The notes under the pieces: model-generated
Seen by the model: only the letters and a program-made list of their open reading frames with translations
The model's database searches: none
Told to the model about the DNA's origin: nothing
Origin: Craspedostauros australis
Taxonomy: Eukaryota
Direction: 5' to 3'
Length of the DNA stretch: 48,646 bases
Assembly (NCBI GenBank): GCA_030167865.1
Contig: JALAGF010002523.1
Location: forward strand, 1 to 48,646
Program-made: the position numbers and the translations under genes
Part shown: piece by piece, positions 33,874 through 44,704 of the stretch
Position numbering within the stretch: the stretch's first letter is position 1
How the letters are laid out: each line of letters starts with the position of its first letter

Positions 33874-35202
33874 ATGCTGCAGATATTCGATGACAACGAT
33901 GAAGGCGCCGCATGGAAGTTCCCGCTGCTGCTGTCAACCCTGGCGGGTGCATCCACCTGCGTGGGCGCAGCCGTGGTCTTCTGCTTCTCCGCCGAGGTCA
34001 TCCGCGACACCATGACGTTCTCCCTTGCGTTGGCCGGATCCGTCATGATCACGGTCTCCGTCATCAGCATCGGGCCAGAATGCCTCAACGGCATCGCCTG
34101 GACGATGGATGAGGCTGCAGCCGACGAGGACGAGGAAGACTCATCGTTCACGCCGATGTACCTGCTCTTCGCGAGGCTCTGCTGGTTCTTTGGTGGTTGC
34201 ATCAGTTACATCCTCCTGTCCAAGCTGGCATTTCCTGAACCGACGGATCTGGTGCTCGAAGGCGGTGGTGAGGGCGGTCATCATGCCCACGGTGGCGGTG
34301 GCGGCATCGGTGGACACAGCAGCCATGCAATCAGCAAATCACCTCGAGATGTGCTCACGGAGGAGAACTACGAGATGCAAAAGCTCATGGGACCAGCGGA
34401 TTCCGATGGATTCGGTTCCCATCCATCATCCAACACTTCCACTACAAATGACAAATTCCAGCCACGCCGATCCAGCACATTCAGCAGCGACGATGGCGAC
34501 GGCGCGGAGGCATTCTCAGCAACGCGCAAGAAGGATGCTGCCCAAGCACGTCAAAGGCGGTCACCCAAATCCCCCAAATCGCCGTGCGGCCGTTCCGAAG
34601 ACGACAAGAGCGCGGGCAGCTATTCCAATCAAAAACAGAAACACTCCAAATCCACGCACGCCGTCTTCCAATGGTCCTCCGGCGCGGACCTCCAATCCGA
34701 CGAGGCCAAACGATCCTGGCGCGTCGCGATGCTCCTGTTCGTTTCGCTTTTATGCCACAACTTCCCCGAGGGCCTCGCCGTGGCCGCCAGCACAATGGAG
34801 TCGCGCCATCTCGGCATCACCGTGGCGGTGGGCATCCTGATTCACAACATCCCCGAGGGTATCGCGATCGCGGTACCGTGCGTGGCCGCGCGCCCCGACT
34901 CGCCGTGGCTGGCCTTCCTGCTGGCGAGCGGATCGGGATTGGCGGAACCGCTGGGTGCCTTCCTGGCGCTGTGCGTGCTGCCGAGCGGCAAGCGCATGCA
35001 GACGTCGGCCTTTCTGTCGATGGAGTGCATACTGGCGTCGGTGGCGGGCATCATGATATCGGTGGCCTTCGTGGAGCTGTATCCGGAGGCCTGGAGGCAT
35101 GGGATGGGGCAATGGAAGGATGCGGCGAAGACGATGTGGTCCATCGGTCTTGGAACTGTCCTGGGTGCCGTCATGATGGTAATTACAGAGTTATGCATTT
35201 GA
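33874..35202 (+). CDS. zupT: ZIP family (ZupT/GufA-type) divalent metal transporter (442 aa)
   Basis: TM4 HNFPEG and TM5 HNIPEG metal motifs, SGLAEPLGA, and a long cytosolic loop with GHHAHG..GHSSH. Confidence 0.9.
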   Translation: MLQIFDDNDEGAAWKFPLLLSTLAGASTCVGAAVVFCFSAEVIRDTMTFSLALAGSVMITVSVISIGPECLNGIAWTMDEAAADEDEEDSSFTPMYLLFARLCWFFGGCISYILLSKLAFPEPTDLVLEGGGEGGHHAHGGGGGIGGHSSHAISKSPRDVLTEENYEMQKLMGPADSDGFGSHPSSNTSTTNDKFQPRRSSTFSSDDGDGAEAFSATRKKDAAQARQRRSPKSPKSPCGRSEDDKSAGSYSNQKQKHSKSTHAVFQWSSGADLQSDEAKRSWRVAMLLFVSLLCHNFPEGLAVAASTMESRHLGITVAVGILIHNIPEGIAIAVPCVAARPDSPWLAFLLASGSGLAEPLGAFLALCVLPSGKRMQTSAFLSMECILASVAGIMISVAFVELYPEAWRHGMGQWKDAAKTMWSIGLGTVLGAVMMVITELCI

Positions 35203-35776
35203 TCTTGATTGCGGCAGTGCATTGTCTTGTGTTGAGTGCTGGAATACTCGACGTGTTGCTCCAGAGACTTCTTTGTTGATGTGCGAGTGTGCTGCTAATC
35301 GTGCAGGTAATGGACGGCACGCTGTTTCTCTCAAGGTGTGAGGTGGTGTTGGTGATTGGAGTCGAACCATCTTGTGTCATCGAACTTGCACTGAGACGTC
35401 ATGCAATCATGACAAGTTGATGTTGGTGTGAGCATCAGACATCCATCCACTCGAATGTGGTTGTCAAACAACTATTGTACACAACACCACAGCATGCTCT
35501 GGTCTTGATCGCAAATCTACCAACTCTCGTGAACTATGTTGTGTTATCGTTACCATATGCATTCCATCACTCTACTCGGAAATGAATGAAGCTGTGGATC
35601 AATGTCGGCAACGGATATGAGCGAGATTGGTCTGCGGATGCTGCAACCCAAACGTGTTGCTGATCGCATTCCTATGCCAGAGTCGCCTTTCCGACCATCT
35701 CCCATTCCAGGTGCCTGTTGGTGGTGTGTCTTTGCAAGATACCAAGACGCAGTATCTAAAGCTGCAAAGACGGTGT

Positions 35777-35866
35777 GGTTCTTCAGTCTGGTTTGCACGG
35801 CTCGATCAGAGATTCAAAGGAGAATTTGAAATCGAGCTCGATGCATACCAAACGTCATTCATACCT
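35777..35866 (-). promoter_or_regulatory. Candidate SECIS-like stem-loop downstream of the peroxiredoxin stop codon
   Basis: Minus strand AUGAC (35858-35854) and UGAA (35785-35782) flank a long, manually paired stem: GUUUGGU/ACCAGAC, UGCA/UGCA, GCUCGAU/AUCGAGC and UUCAAA/UUUGAA. Confidence 0.55.
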
Positions 35867-36076
35867 AACAGGTGTGGGAAGAGGGAAGTGTTGGAGGGAA
35901 GGGGACGTGATGGGAGGAATGCGAAGCTACAGCATCCAGGTCTCCTCAGGGACGGGACATGCCGAATGGCAAGCAGTCCCCTTGGATGCCAACTCCTGGG
36001 ACGTGCGACGGGACTCCATGTCTGCGCTGAGGACAGCGCATGTCTGTGCCCACCGGAAAGGGGGTCCAATGGAGCT

Positions 36077-36664
36077 CTAGGCTTCAGCCTTGATGGCCTC
36101 GAGCATGGCATCGTGGAGGGTGTCGGTTGGGTCGGAGTCACCGGCTGGGTCGTCCTCGGACTCGGAGACGGCGACGTACTTGACCTCGCCGTTGACGACG
36201 TGGATGGCGAAGCGCTTGGAGCGTCCGATGATGCCGACGGAGGGTGGGCCTGGGTGGGTCATCTCCATGCCGAGTTCCTTGGTGAACTCGGCGGCTGGGT
36301 CACCCATGAACTTGACGATGTTGTCAGCGTAGGTGGCGTCGCCGATCTGGTCGGCGGCCCAAGCCTTCATGACGGCTCCGTCGTTCACGCAGTAAACGAG
36401 GACCTCGTCGACTCCAGCCTCCTTGAGAGCGTCTTGATTCTCAAGGTAGCCTGGAACCTGGATTGCAGATCAGGTTGGGGTGAAGGCTCCTGGGAGGCCG
36501 ACGATGATCATGTTCTTGTCGGCGGCGTACTCGTCGATCTTGACGAACTCAGGAGGGAAGCCGGAGTGGAGGCTGGCGGCTGGGAGCTTGTCGCCGGCCT
36601 TGATGGTGAAGGCGAGGCTGGAGGCCACCGAGAGGGCGGCGGTTGCAAGAGAAAGGACTCTCAT
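36077..36664 (-). CDS. PRDX5: Prx5/type II peroxiredoxin with probable selenocysteine (TGA at 36472-36470), 195 aa, with signal peptide
   Basis: One continuous frame: ...IKAGDKLP...VGLPGAFTPT[TGA]SAIQVPGYLENQDALKEAGVDEVLVYCVNDGAVMKAW...GRSKRFA... The TGA sits exactly at the peroxidatic Cys of the PGAFTPTCS motif. Confidence 0.88.
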
Positions 36665-37647
36665 GGTTGCTTCTGTTGCTTGGCAGAGTTAATTTTATGA
36701 CATCACAGGGGCTGTGCCATCCCCAAGGAGTAGTAGTCGAGCGCCCGCAGTTCGTATTGGTGGGCTGTTCCGCACTCTGGTGAGGCGATGAAATTACGCC
36801 TTCATTTCTGAGTGGCCATCTGCACGAAAGCCGCAAAGTTCGAGCAGAATGCAATCCAAAGATAGCGCAGAAACACGCAACTCTCTCTTCGTTGGTGGCT
36901 GTTGGCCCCAGTTCTCATCCATTGGCTGCGCGGTGTCACCACAGGTGGCGCGTGTCAAGAGCGAAAGAGAGGGAGAGACGTCGGAGAAATCCTCGCGTTT
37001 GCCGATTCAGCAGGGCGTGCGTCATCATCGGCATACCCGCACGACGGTCTGACAATGGCGAATCTCCATGAAGAATCGAGTCGTGCATGAATCAAGATCA
37101 ACACGACTCCACGATCCGGTTTGATCACATTGACTCATTCGAAGTTCAATACGCAACGGTCGAATGTGAGCGAATTCAAATAACAACTCCCAATGTCGGT
37201 ATGTTTGTATTAAACAATGAATATAGTATATCAAGTTTACTTATGGGATGTGTCGTGGATGCATGTCGCATCTTCTCCAAACATTATTCGAAACTTTCTC
37301 CAATGATCTTTGCTGTGATGTGAGGATCACAAACACGAATGAAATCAGCAATTCTTCTGCTAGTGGGAGTGAACGAGGTGGTGGTGTCAATCGGTGCAAC
37401 CAACTTTGCTCTGATGGCGTGGCAACGGCAACGATGTCGATGAAGTGACGAGAAGCTTGTGCCCCGCACCGAGAATGACATGGGGAAAGCAATACGAGCA
37501 GAGCGTGCACCTGGTGGTGCGATACGAAGATCTTCTCTCGCCCTTCTCGTTTCGTGGACACAACATCAACAACATCAACAGCATCAGCAACATCACTGAC
37601 TCTGTGATCACAAGAAGAACAAAGCCACCTCAAGCCAACCTACCACC

Positions 37648-38190
37648 ATGTCTGACAACTACGAAGCCACCAAGGTCGCCACTGGCGAGGCCACCATCAA
37701 CGCCATCCCAACCCCAGGCGTCAAGCGCGGCCACGTCTGCTGCGGAGGATGCTGCGATGTGCGTCGCGCCACCATCATCGTGAACATCATCATGCTCTGC
37801 ATCACCCTGCTCGGCCTCCTCGGAGTCGCCGCCGCGAAGGGCGTCGCCTCGCAGGCCGCGGAGAACGCCGACGATGACGAGACGATCACAAGCCTGCAGG
37901 CACTCAGCGATGCCCCTGTCGGCGTCCTCGTCGCCGTCCTCCTGGTGCAGTCGGCGTGCTACGTCTGCGGCATCTTCGGAGCCATCAAGTACAACTCCCC
38001 GCTCGTCTTGGTCGCCTTCGTGTGCTACTGCGTCACCTTCGCATTCGATCTCTTCGGCGCCAACATTGTGGGCATGATCATCACCGCCTGCTTCGCTTAC
38101 CCTCACTTCTTCCTGCACCAGGAGATCCGTAACGGCGTCATGACCCCAGAGAACTACATCAACGAGCAGCAGTCGTGCTGCTGCGTGTAA
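37648..38190 (+). CDS. Small four-TM Cys-rich membrane protein ending in CCCV (180 aa)
   Basis: GC3-rich coding-like ORF with an N-terminal CCGGCCD cluster, about four hydrophobic segments and C-terminal EQQSCCCV. Confidence 0.75.
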   Translation: MSDNYEATKVATGEATINAIPTPGVKRGHVCCGGCCDVRRATIIVNIIMLCITLLGLLGVAAAKGVASQAAENADDDETITSLQALSDAPVGVLVAVLLVQSACYVCGIFGAIKYNSPLVLVAFVCYCVTFAFDLFGANIVGMIITACFAYPHFFLHQEIRNGVMTPENYINEQQSCCCV

Positions 38191-39989
38191 GGCTGCAGTT
38201 ATCCGCACGCCAGGATGGAATCGTAACATCGGTTTTTATGGACAGACAGCCGCAGGACGAGAAACAAGGGTGGAGAGCGAGCGAGTGTGTTAGTGAGGAA
38301 GTGAGTGAAAGATTGAGTGAGTGGAGAGGGACAGCATCACACTCCATGCCAAACGCTTGGACGATGCGTCATATGTGCTGGTACAAACGAGAAGCAACAG
38401 GAACAAGACAAGCAACGAAACACCGTGGATTCCTCGGTTGGTGAGAACAACCAGCTTGGCCGGTCCTCTACGATTCAATTTCAAATCGAATGGAATGAAC
38501 GAGAAGAGGGGACCGAGAGGCACGGTACCTGAATCGGTTTCTCCAAAGAAAGCAACGAATGCAATCATACCATCTTTTGGGTGTGGGACTTGGATCAATG
38601 ATCATATCAGAATGGACATCGTCAGGAAGCGAAGTGGACAAGTGGGAGCTGTACTCAAAATAGTGCGCAGGTAATTGCATGGTAGCGTACCATTTAGGAA
38701 CACAAGATATCTTCACGCTCTGCTGATCACACCTTTCTCGCATCTATGGGCAACAGGTGGAGCATCACAGGTATCGTTGATGTTGTGAGAGCATCGAGCA
38801 CGCACTGATGGAAATGTTGTTGACTGAGATGAGATGCAAGAGCAAGTGCGTAGCATCGTATCCAGCCTCATTGCATGTCACCAACACGATCTGTCCATCA
38901 TTCAACTGGTGACTGTGAGAGCAGGTGGGTCCACAGTTGCGAGTGCGGCTGATCTACATCACCAAAGAGGTGCCCAAACGCATCCGCGCCACACCCCAAT
39001 CTGTGAGACGGAGAAGGCTAATACAGATGGATGATGAATCGTGTGCAATCCATCTCCCAACCCAAGAGAAGGATGAACATCGGACGACACTCCACCAAAC
39101 GTATCCGATGGAAGCTCGGCGTCTCCTCCCGATCATTCTTGGACATCCCAACATCGCAGATCACGCATCACAGATCTCCGAAACACCCGACACAGGAGAA
39201 ACCCAAGGAGGGGTCGGAGAAGTTGCTTCTGGCGCGAGTTGGAGTATGCACGTGCTGAACACAATGAAGTACGTGGGTCTTGTTCACCCCGTGTGCGTCC
39301 GTTGATGTACCATGCAGAACGGATATGATAAGTCGTGTTGATGTCGATGTTGATTGGAGGCAAACCCGAGGTGCCGGATGCCAGATCATGGTCCCGCTCC
39401 AAAGTTGCTCCGTTCGATGCGAAAATCGAATCGAAACGGAAATGTTGTGAATTTAGACGTGCAAAGGTGCGCGATGGAGATAATCGAGATGCACATGAAG
39501 AAAGGAGTTGGGAAAGGATGATGTGGCGTTGTTGAAGTTCCAGATGGCAATGTCCAATGTGACACGGATGGACCGGATTCGAATGGTTTTGGTCGTGCAT
39601 AATCGGCTTTCTCCTCCCGAATACAACACGATACAGAGGCAGAAGAGGCTTTCGTGGTCACAAATACACGGTGGGATGTGATGACAATCGCGGCATTGGT
39701 GATGATGTCAAGGCGAATCGCCTCCACCCACTCTGCATGGACATCAACACGTATTCGTACTCCACGAGTGCGTCGTCTATTCGACGCGAGAGTTGTTGCG
39801 GTTCGACAAATGAAAGCACTCGTTGGTACAATAGGTCGTTAGGAGGCACACACACGAGGACCAACGCAAACAGAGATGTGTGATGCAAGAGGCGCAGGAT
39901 ACTCGGAGAGTGGGTAGGCAGTATTCTACATCATGGACGGTGCTGCAGGAGCATCAAGCTTCCCTTGATGTCGATGTCTCATAAAACTT

Positions 39990-40122
39990 GCAACAACAAC
40001 AACAACAACAACACAATCCAACCAAACGAACATCTCATCTGCCACCAGCAACAGCAATCGCAATACTCAATCGCAATACTCAATCGCAATACTCAATAGC
40101 AATAGCAATAGCAATAGCAATA
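39990..40122. repeat. Simple repeats (CAA)n, (GCAATACTCAATC)x~3 and (GCAATA)n upstream of the metzincin gene
   Basis: Directly visible tandem units. Confidence 0.8.
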
Positions 40123-40144
40123 CTGAACACAAGACATAGCAACG

Positions 40145-41469
40145 ATGAGTCCCAACATCGTCATCAAGAACACCATGTCCGACACCAGCGAAAGCGACAT
40201 GGAGGAAGGAGTCGAGCATGCATACGTCCCTCGTGCCACCCCCTCCCCAGTCAACGGCACCGCGGCTGCCGCCAAGGAACAGCAGGCCAAGCAGATCGAA
40301 GAGCCACCGGCCACCTTCTGCTCACGCATCAAGTGCATCGCCTTCTTCATCTTCATTGGGATCGGCGTCATCGTTGGACTGTCGCTCATCCTGACAGGCC
40401 GCGCAAATCCTGTCAGCTACTTCGTCCCCGTGGACCCTCCTGGCAAGAGCGAGGCCAACCGATGGGATGCCACTGCCGGATTGACCCTCATGGTGGAGAA
40501 TGCCTGCACCGACGACTGGAACCCATTCTTCGAGGCCTCCATCAAGGCATGGAACGAGACGGATGCTCTCAACCTCAAGACGTCCCGGGTTTCCGTCGAT
40601 CCGCAGTGCTCCCCGCGCAACGGCCGTCTCAAGGTCTGCAACAGCGACTACGGCGATACGCCGTGGCATGGGATCAACATCATCCTCATCGACAAGTTCG
40701 AAGGCACCATCGTGCACTCCACATCGCAGCTCAATGACAGGTTCATGGATGATGACGCCGATCGCACCTACCTCATGTGCCACGAGAACGGACACGGTAC
40801 GTCACTGAGAGTTTGCAGACAAGAAAATGATTGTGATTGTGATTGTGCTTGCGCATAGAGTATATGTGTGCATGAACCATGATATCATTCCAATTTCTTT
40901 CGTGGCTCACGTGCTCTTGCCCACACAATTATCACAAACGAATTATGCTACTCTGCTTTACTCTACCCGCCGCCACTACCGTCATCATCCATACAGGCTT
41001 TGGGCTCCCGCACACCGATGAGGACCACTTCAATCGTGATCGCGGCGACTGCATGGATTACACCATCCGCACGCGCAACAACCAGGTACCTGGGAGATTC
41101 AACTTGGATCTGCTGGTCCAGCTGTACGGAACGCCCGCCAAACCTTTGGCAGTCGATCCCAAGACGCTGCCGAAGGATGGCGAAGCGGTTGCGTCGACCG
41201 GGTCGGACCCAACGCAGCCGCCGCCGCAGCAACCACCGACGAACAACAACAACGGTGGCAACAACAATGGAGGAAACAAGGACAAGGAAGATAAGAAGGA
41301 AAAGGATAAGGAGAAAGACCGCAGACTCGACCAGGGTTCCGGCATGAGCGACGCGGACATTGTGGCGCTCGAGCGCGAGGTCGCCATGGAGTGCGAGGAT
41401 GAGTTCTGCATTGTCGATGTGGATGATCAGTTCCGCATCCTCATCAATCAGTTCCTGAGGGCGCCTTGA
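40145..41469 (+). CDS. Type II membrane metzincin (matrixin-like) zinc metalloprotease (2 exons: 40145-40796, 40997-41469; 374 aa)
   Basis: Splicing gives HENGHGFGLPH (HExxHxxGxxH) followed by a Met-turn-like CMDY. N-terminal TM segment IAFFIFIGIGVIVGLSLIL. Confidence 0.85.
40797..40996 (+). other. Spliceosomal intron (200 bp) of the metzincin gene
   Basis: Donor GTACGT at 40797 and acceptor CAG ending at 40996, phase 1. Confidence 0.85.
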
Positions 41470-42418
41470 GAAATGGCCAAGTGAGGAGCTCTCGCATCGT
41501 TTCGAAGATGAGCATGTATGCCGTGGACATACATACGGACATACCATGTGAACTCTACCATGCCACCACTCAACAGTAAGAATAGATAAAGTAGATGGAG
41601 TTACAGAGAAGCATTCGGGCTCGTCATTCTCGAATGATGTGTGGTACCATTCGCAATCGTGAATGCTGACGCCTACTCGCATACCCATGCGATCAAAGGA
41701 GGCATCTCTGTGGTCGCTTCGTGGCTTCTCGTTTTGGGTGTCCTGAGGTGGCACGCAATCAGAATTGTGCAGAGGACATATGTTGCGTGCTCTGTCCTGT
41801 AGAATCTCTCCCACTTGCATGAGACAACTATGCTAGGAACATGGACGTCAACGTCAAGAGCAGAACTTCCATTCCAGGCAGAATTCGAGAAATTCCTCAA
41901 GGTCGCACGCATCTTCGGCCAAGTTCTTGCATTTACGTTCGTCGGAAATGAGGAGATCGTTCTTGATTACTCTGCAATGGAATACTATACATACATATTG
42001 GTGTGGTAGTTGCTCTCTTCCTCCTTCTTGTGCTGCCGCTACGTCGTTTTGTGCTGCGACATCTTCTACCCACCTCTGTTGCGAAAATTTATACACCACG
42101 TCTCGATGAGATCCTGCGCCATGATGCCAACGCACCTGGAATGGTGTTGTTTGTGTTTGGAGATGCGACGGGTACTTCCTTTCCTCCCACCACCCTTGGC
42201 TGTGACGATGGTGGCACCTTTGGTGTATTCATGATTGTCCTCATTGGCATTGGCATCCACCAACACCAACACCACCAATGGTGTTGCAAGTGCCGTTGTC
42301 ACTGTTGCTGTCACTGCCACTGGCATTTCTGTTGTTGCATTTTCGTCTCCTCCTAACACAATCACGAGTGATCGATGCTATCAATCGATGGCAACTTGTT
42401 CGATAATTCGCCATTCTC

Positions 42419-43528
42419 CTAATCATTGGCGATGGCAGCAGCGGTCGTGCTTATGTTCCTGCGACCGGTCTGCCTTGCCGAGAACTTCTTGTCCTCATGC
42501 GTGTATGCCAGGACCAAGGCAGCATCCAACAAGCCCAGGTGGGTTCTGTTGACGTTGCGCCGTTCGTTTTCTGGCTCGTTCTTCAGGATCCACCCACCCT
42601 TCTTCGATGGCACGATCATCTTTCGCCTCACCGACATGTTGGACTGCAAGATGTGATGGATCTCGCGGCATGCTTCCTTGTCGGATGCCACGTCGTAGGT
42701 TTGGCTGTCACGGTTGTACTTGAAGAATCGACCACCGCGACGGTACACCCACTGCACCATCCTCTCTGCGTACGCTCGGCGGTCGTGGGTCCAGATGCCC
42801 TGCCAAATCTTCTTCATGTCCCGCAGGTGCTCGAGGAGCAGCTGATTGCCCACGTTGCGGCGGTGTCCCGGTCCTTTCCCAATGATGACATCGAAGAGCG
42901 CGCGCCTGTCCGTGGGCCTGCTCTTCGCCACCTTGTACAACCCAGCTTGAGTTGCGAAGCCAACCGCGATGTGTCGCTTCAGCATCTCGTCCAGCATGCT
43001 GGAGATGATCTTTCGCAGTTGGGCCTGATCCTCTTCGGTGTCGTCGAATTCTTCAAGATCGCTGCTGGTTCCTTCCGTTGTTGCGAAGTTATCATTTTCA
43101 TCGCCCTTTGTGGCCTCTTCCTCATCGCTATCATCGGTGGCGTTTCCCAAGCTGTCGATGCCTTCGCAATCCTCTGCATCAAGACAGACGGAGTTCTTCG
43201 TGTCTCCTTCATCGTCATCTTCGTCTTTTCCTTCCTCCTTCTCCAGCTTCTCACCCGAAGGCAGACCGCAGTCGCGATCAGCATGTTGTCCAGCTCGACT
43301 CTCATCCTCACCGCCATCGGCAATGCCCATGCTCACTTGAGCACCATCGCATCCGTCCACTGACAACTCTTCATCCGAAGAGCCAGGCTCCGATTCGCAG
43401 ACGGTGGTACTGCACTCGTCTTCGGAAGCATCATTGGAAGCTCGGATCATGGCCTCTTCTCTCTCGTAGTCTCCAGCGCGAACATCGATCAGTGCGATGT
43501 TGTTGAGTGGTAACGGGCGTGACATCAT
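42419..43528 (-). CDS. Acidic N-terminus + DUF6824-like domain protein (369 aa)
   Basis: DVIIGKG.....VGN.....GGRFFK.....Y......A..EI pattern typical of the diatom-expanded DUF6824 family; Asp/Glu-rich N-terminal half. Confidence 0.7.
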   Translation of the reverse strand: MMSRPLPLNNIALIDVRAGDYEREEAMIRASNDASEDECSTTVCESEPGSSDEELSVDGCDGAQVSMGIADGGEDESRAGQHADRDCGLPSGEKLEKEEGKDEDDDEGDTKNSVCLDAEDCEGIDSLGNATDDSDEEEATKGDENDNFATTEGTSSDLEEFDDTEEDQAQLRKIISSMLDEMLKRHIAVGFATQAGLYKVAKSRPTDRRALFDVIIGKGPGHRRNVGNQLLLEHLRDMKKIWQGIWTHDRRAYAERMVQWVYRRGGRFFKYNRDSQTYDVASDKEACREIHHILQSNMSVRRKMIVPSKKGGWILKNEPENERRNVNRTHLGLLDAALVLAYTHEDKKFSARQTGRRNISTTAAAIAND

Positions 43529-44704
43529 ACTCGTAGCGATGTGTGGTGCCTTTCTTGTACTTTCTGGAGGATGTGGTCGAGGTCGAGGTCGCTTGCGAGA
43601 GAGGATGCAGCTGCGTGCTTCTAATGTTGTGCGCTATGAGTTCTTCTCGCGAAAGGCGCGAACTATGATGGCGGAAGCTGCTGCTGAAGTCGAGCGTTGT
43701 TCTCTGGAGGCTGTTGGAGAAGTTGCAGTGCCCAGGATGATGTCTGGCTCAACGCATTGGTTGGCGTCGCGTCAAGAGCCAAGCCGATGCCTGTGATTCT
43801 GGGATGTGAGAAATCGTGATCGCGATCTCTGTTCTCTTTCTGCGAGTCCTCTGGTTGCTCACTTGCCGAACGCTCAGTTGGACATGATGGATGATGATGG
43901 GCGATGGCACTGAAAAGAACAAGAGGCACGTCTCCTCCACTGATCTCGCTTCCCCAGCCGCTTCGGAAGATGATCATCTGTTCTTTCGTGCAGTCTGTGG
44001 CCCAGACGAGCATGGCATTCATCTCTCTCCTGGGTGTCAACGGAGAGGAACAGTCGCAGGCACCGACATCATTTGCGTGCCCAACGAGTCGGCATGTCCC
44101 GATTTCGCGAAAGCATGATGGCAGGCAGTTGCACAAGGACAGAACTGGTGAAGAAACTTGGAAAAGTCCGCGTGACTCACGACTCGTGAAACAGCGTCCT
44201 CAACTTCCGCTTGGGACATTTTCGTTGGCTGAGCATGAATCGAAGTGGTCGTTTGTGGCGCGAAGATTGCTCTGGCACTATGTTAGGCCCAGTTCCATTT
44301 CGAAAGATACCTTTTGGGTCATTCCTGGCAAACACGACATCCCCGCGACTTTGCTGATCAGCCAGCAATGCTGTCACAACACAACACCAGTTCGCACCAT
44401 CACTTCTGCTGGCACGTACGTATGAATGATGTTCCAACACAGTACTATACGAGCTATTGGTCGAATGATCAGCTTCAGACAGGGAATGAACAGTTAAGTG
44501 TAATACTTCAGGATCCATGGTCGCACTACTGGGTGTGCGTATGGTATGAGTAGACTCGTAGTGTGGTATCTGTACGAGCCACTCTCTCGTGCGATTGCAC
44601 AACAGGTGCACTCTGTAAATTCTCGGGAGATGGGAATGAACGCGTGGTGCCTTGTGAAGGTGGCTGCGATCAATACTCCAGAGTAGTCGTACGAGTGGGA
44701 ACCA

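Noticed and set aside
36470-36472. TGA read as a true stop, a pseudogene lesion or an intron boundary
   Set aside because: The frame continues with intact Prx5 motifs and coding-like codon usage, there are no other lesions, and the TGA sits exactly on the catalytic codon.
23660-38190. Functional metal/redox gene cluster (IsdG-like, ZIP, Sec-Prx)
   Set aside because: The genes are interspersed with unrelated housekeeping genes in mixed orientations, and no shared motif was seen. Synteny or co-expression data would be needed.
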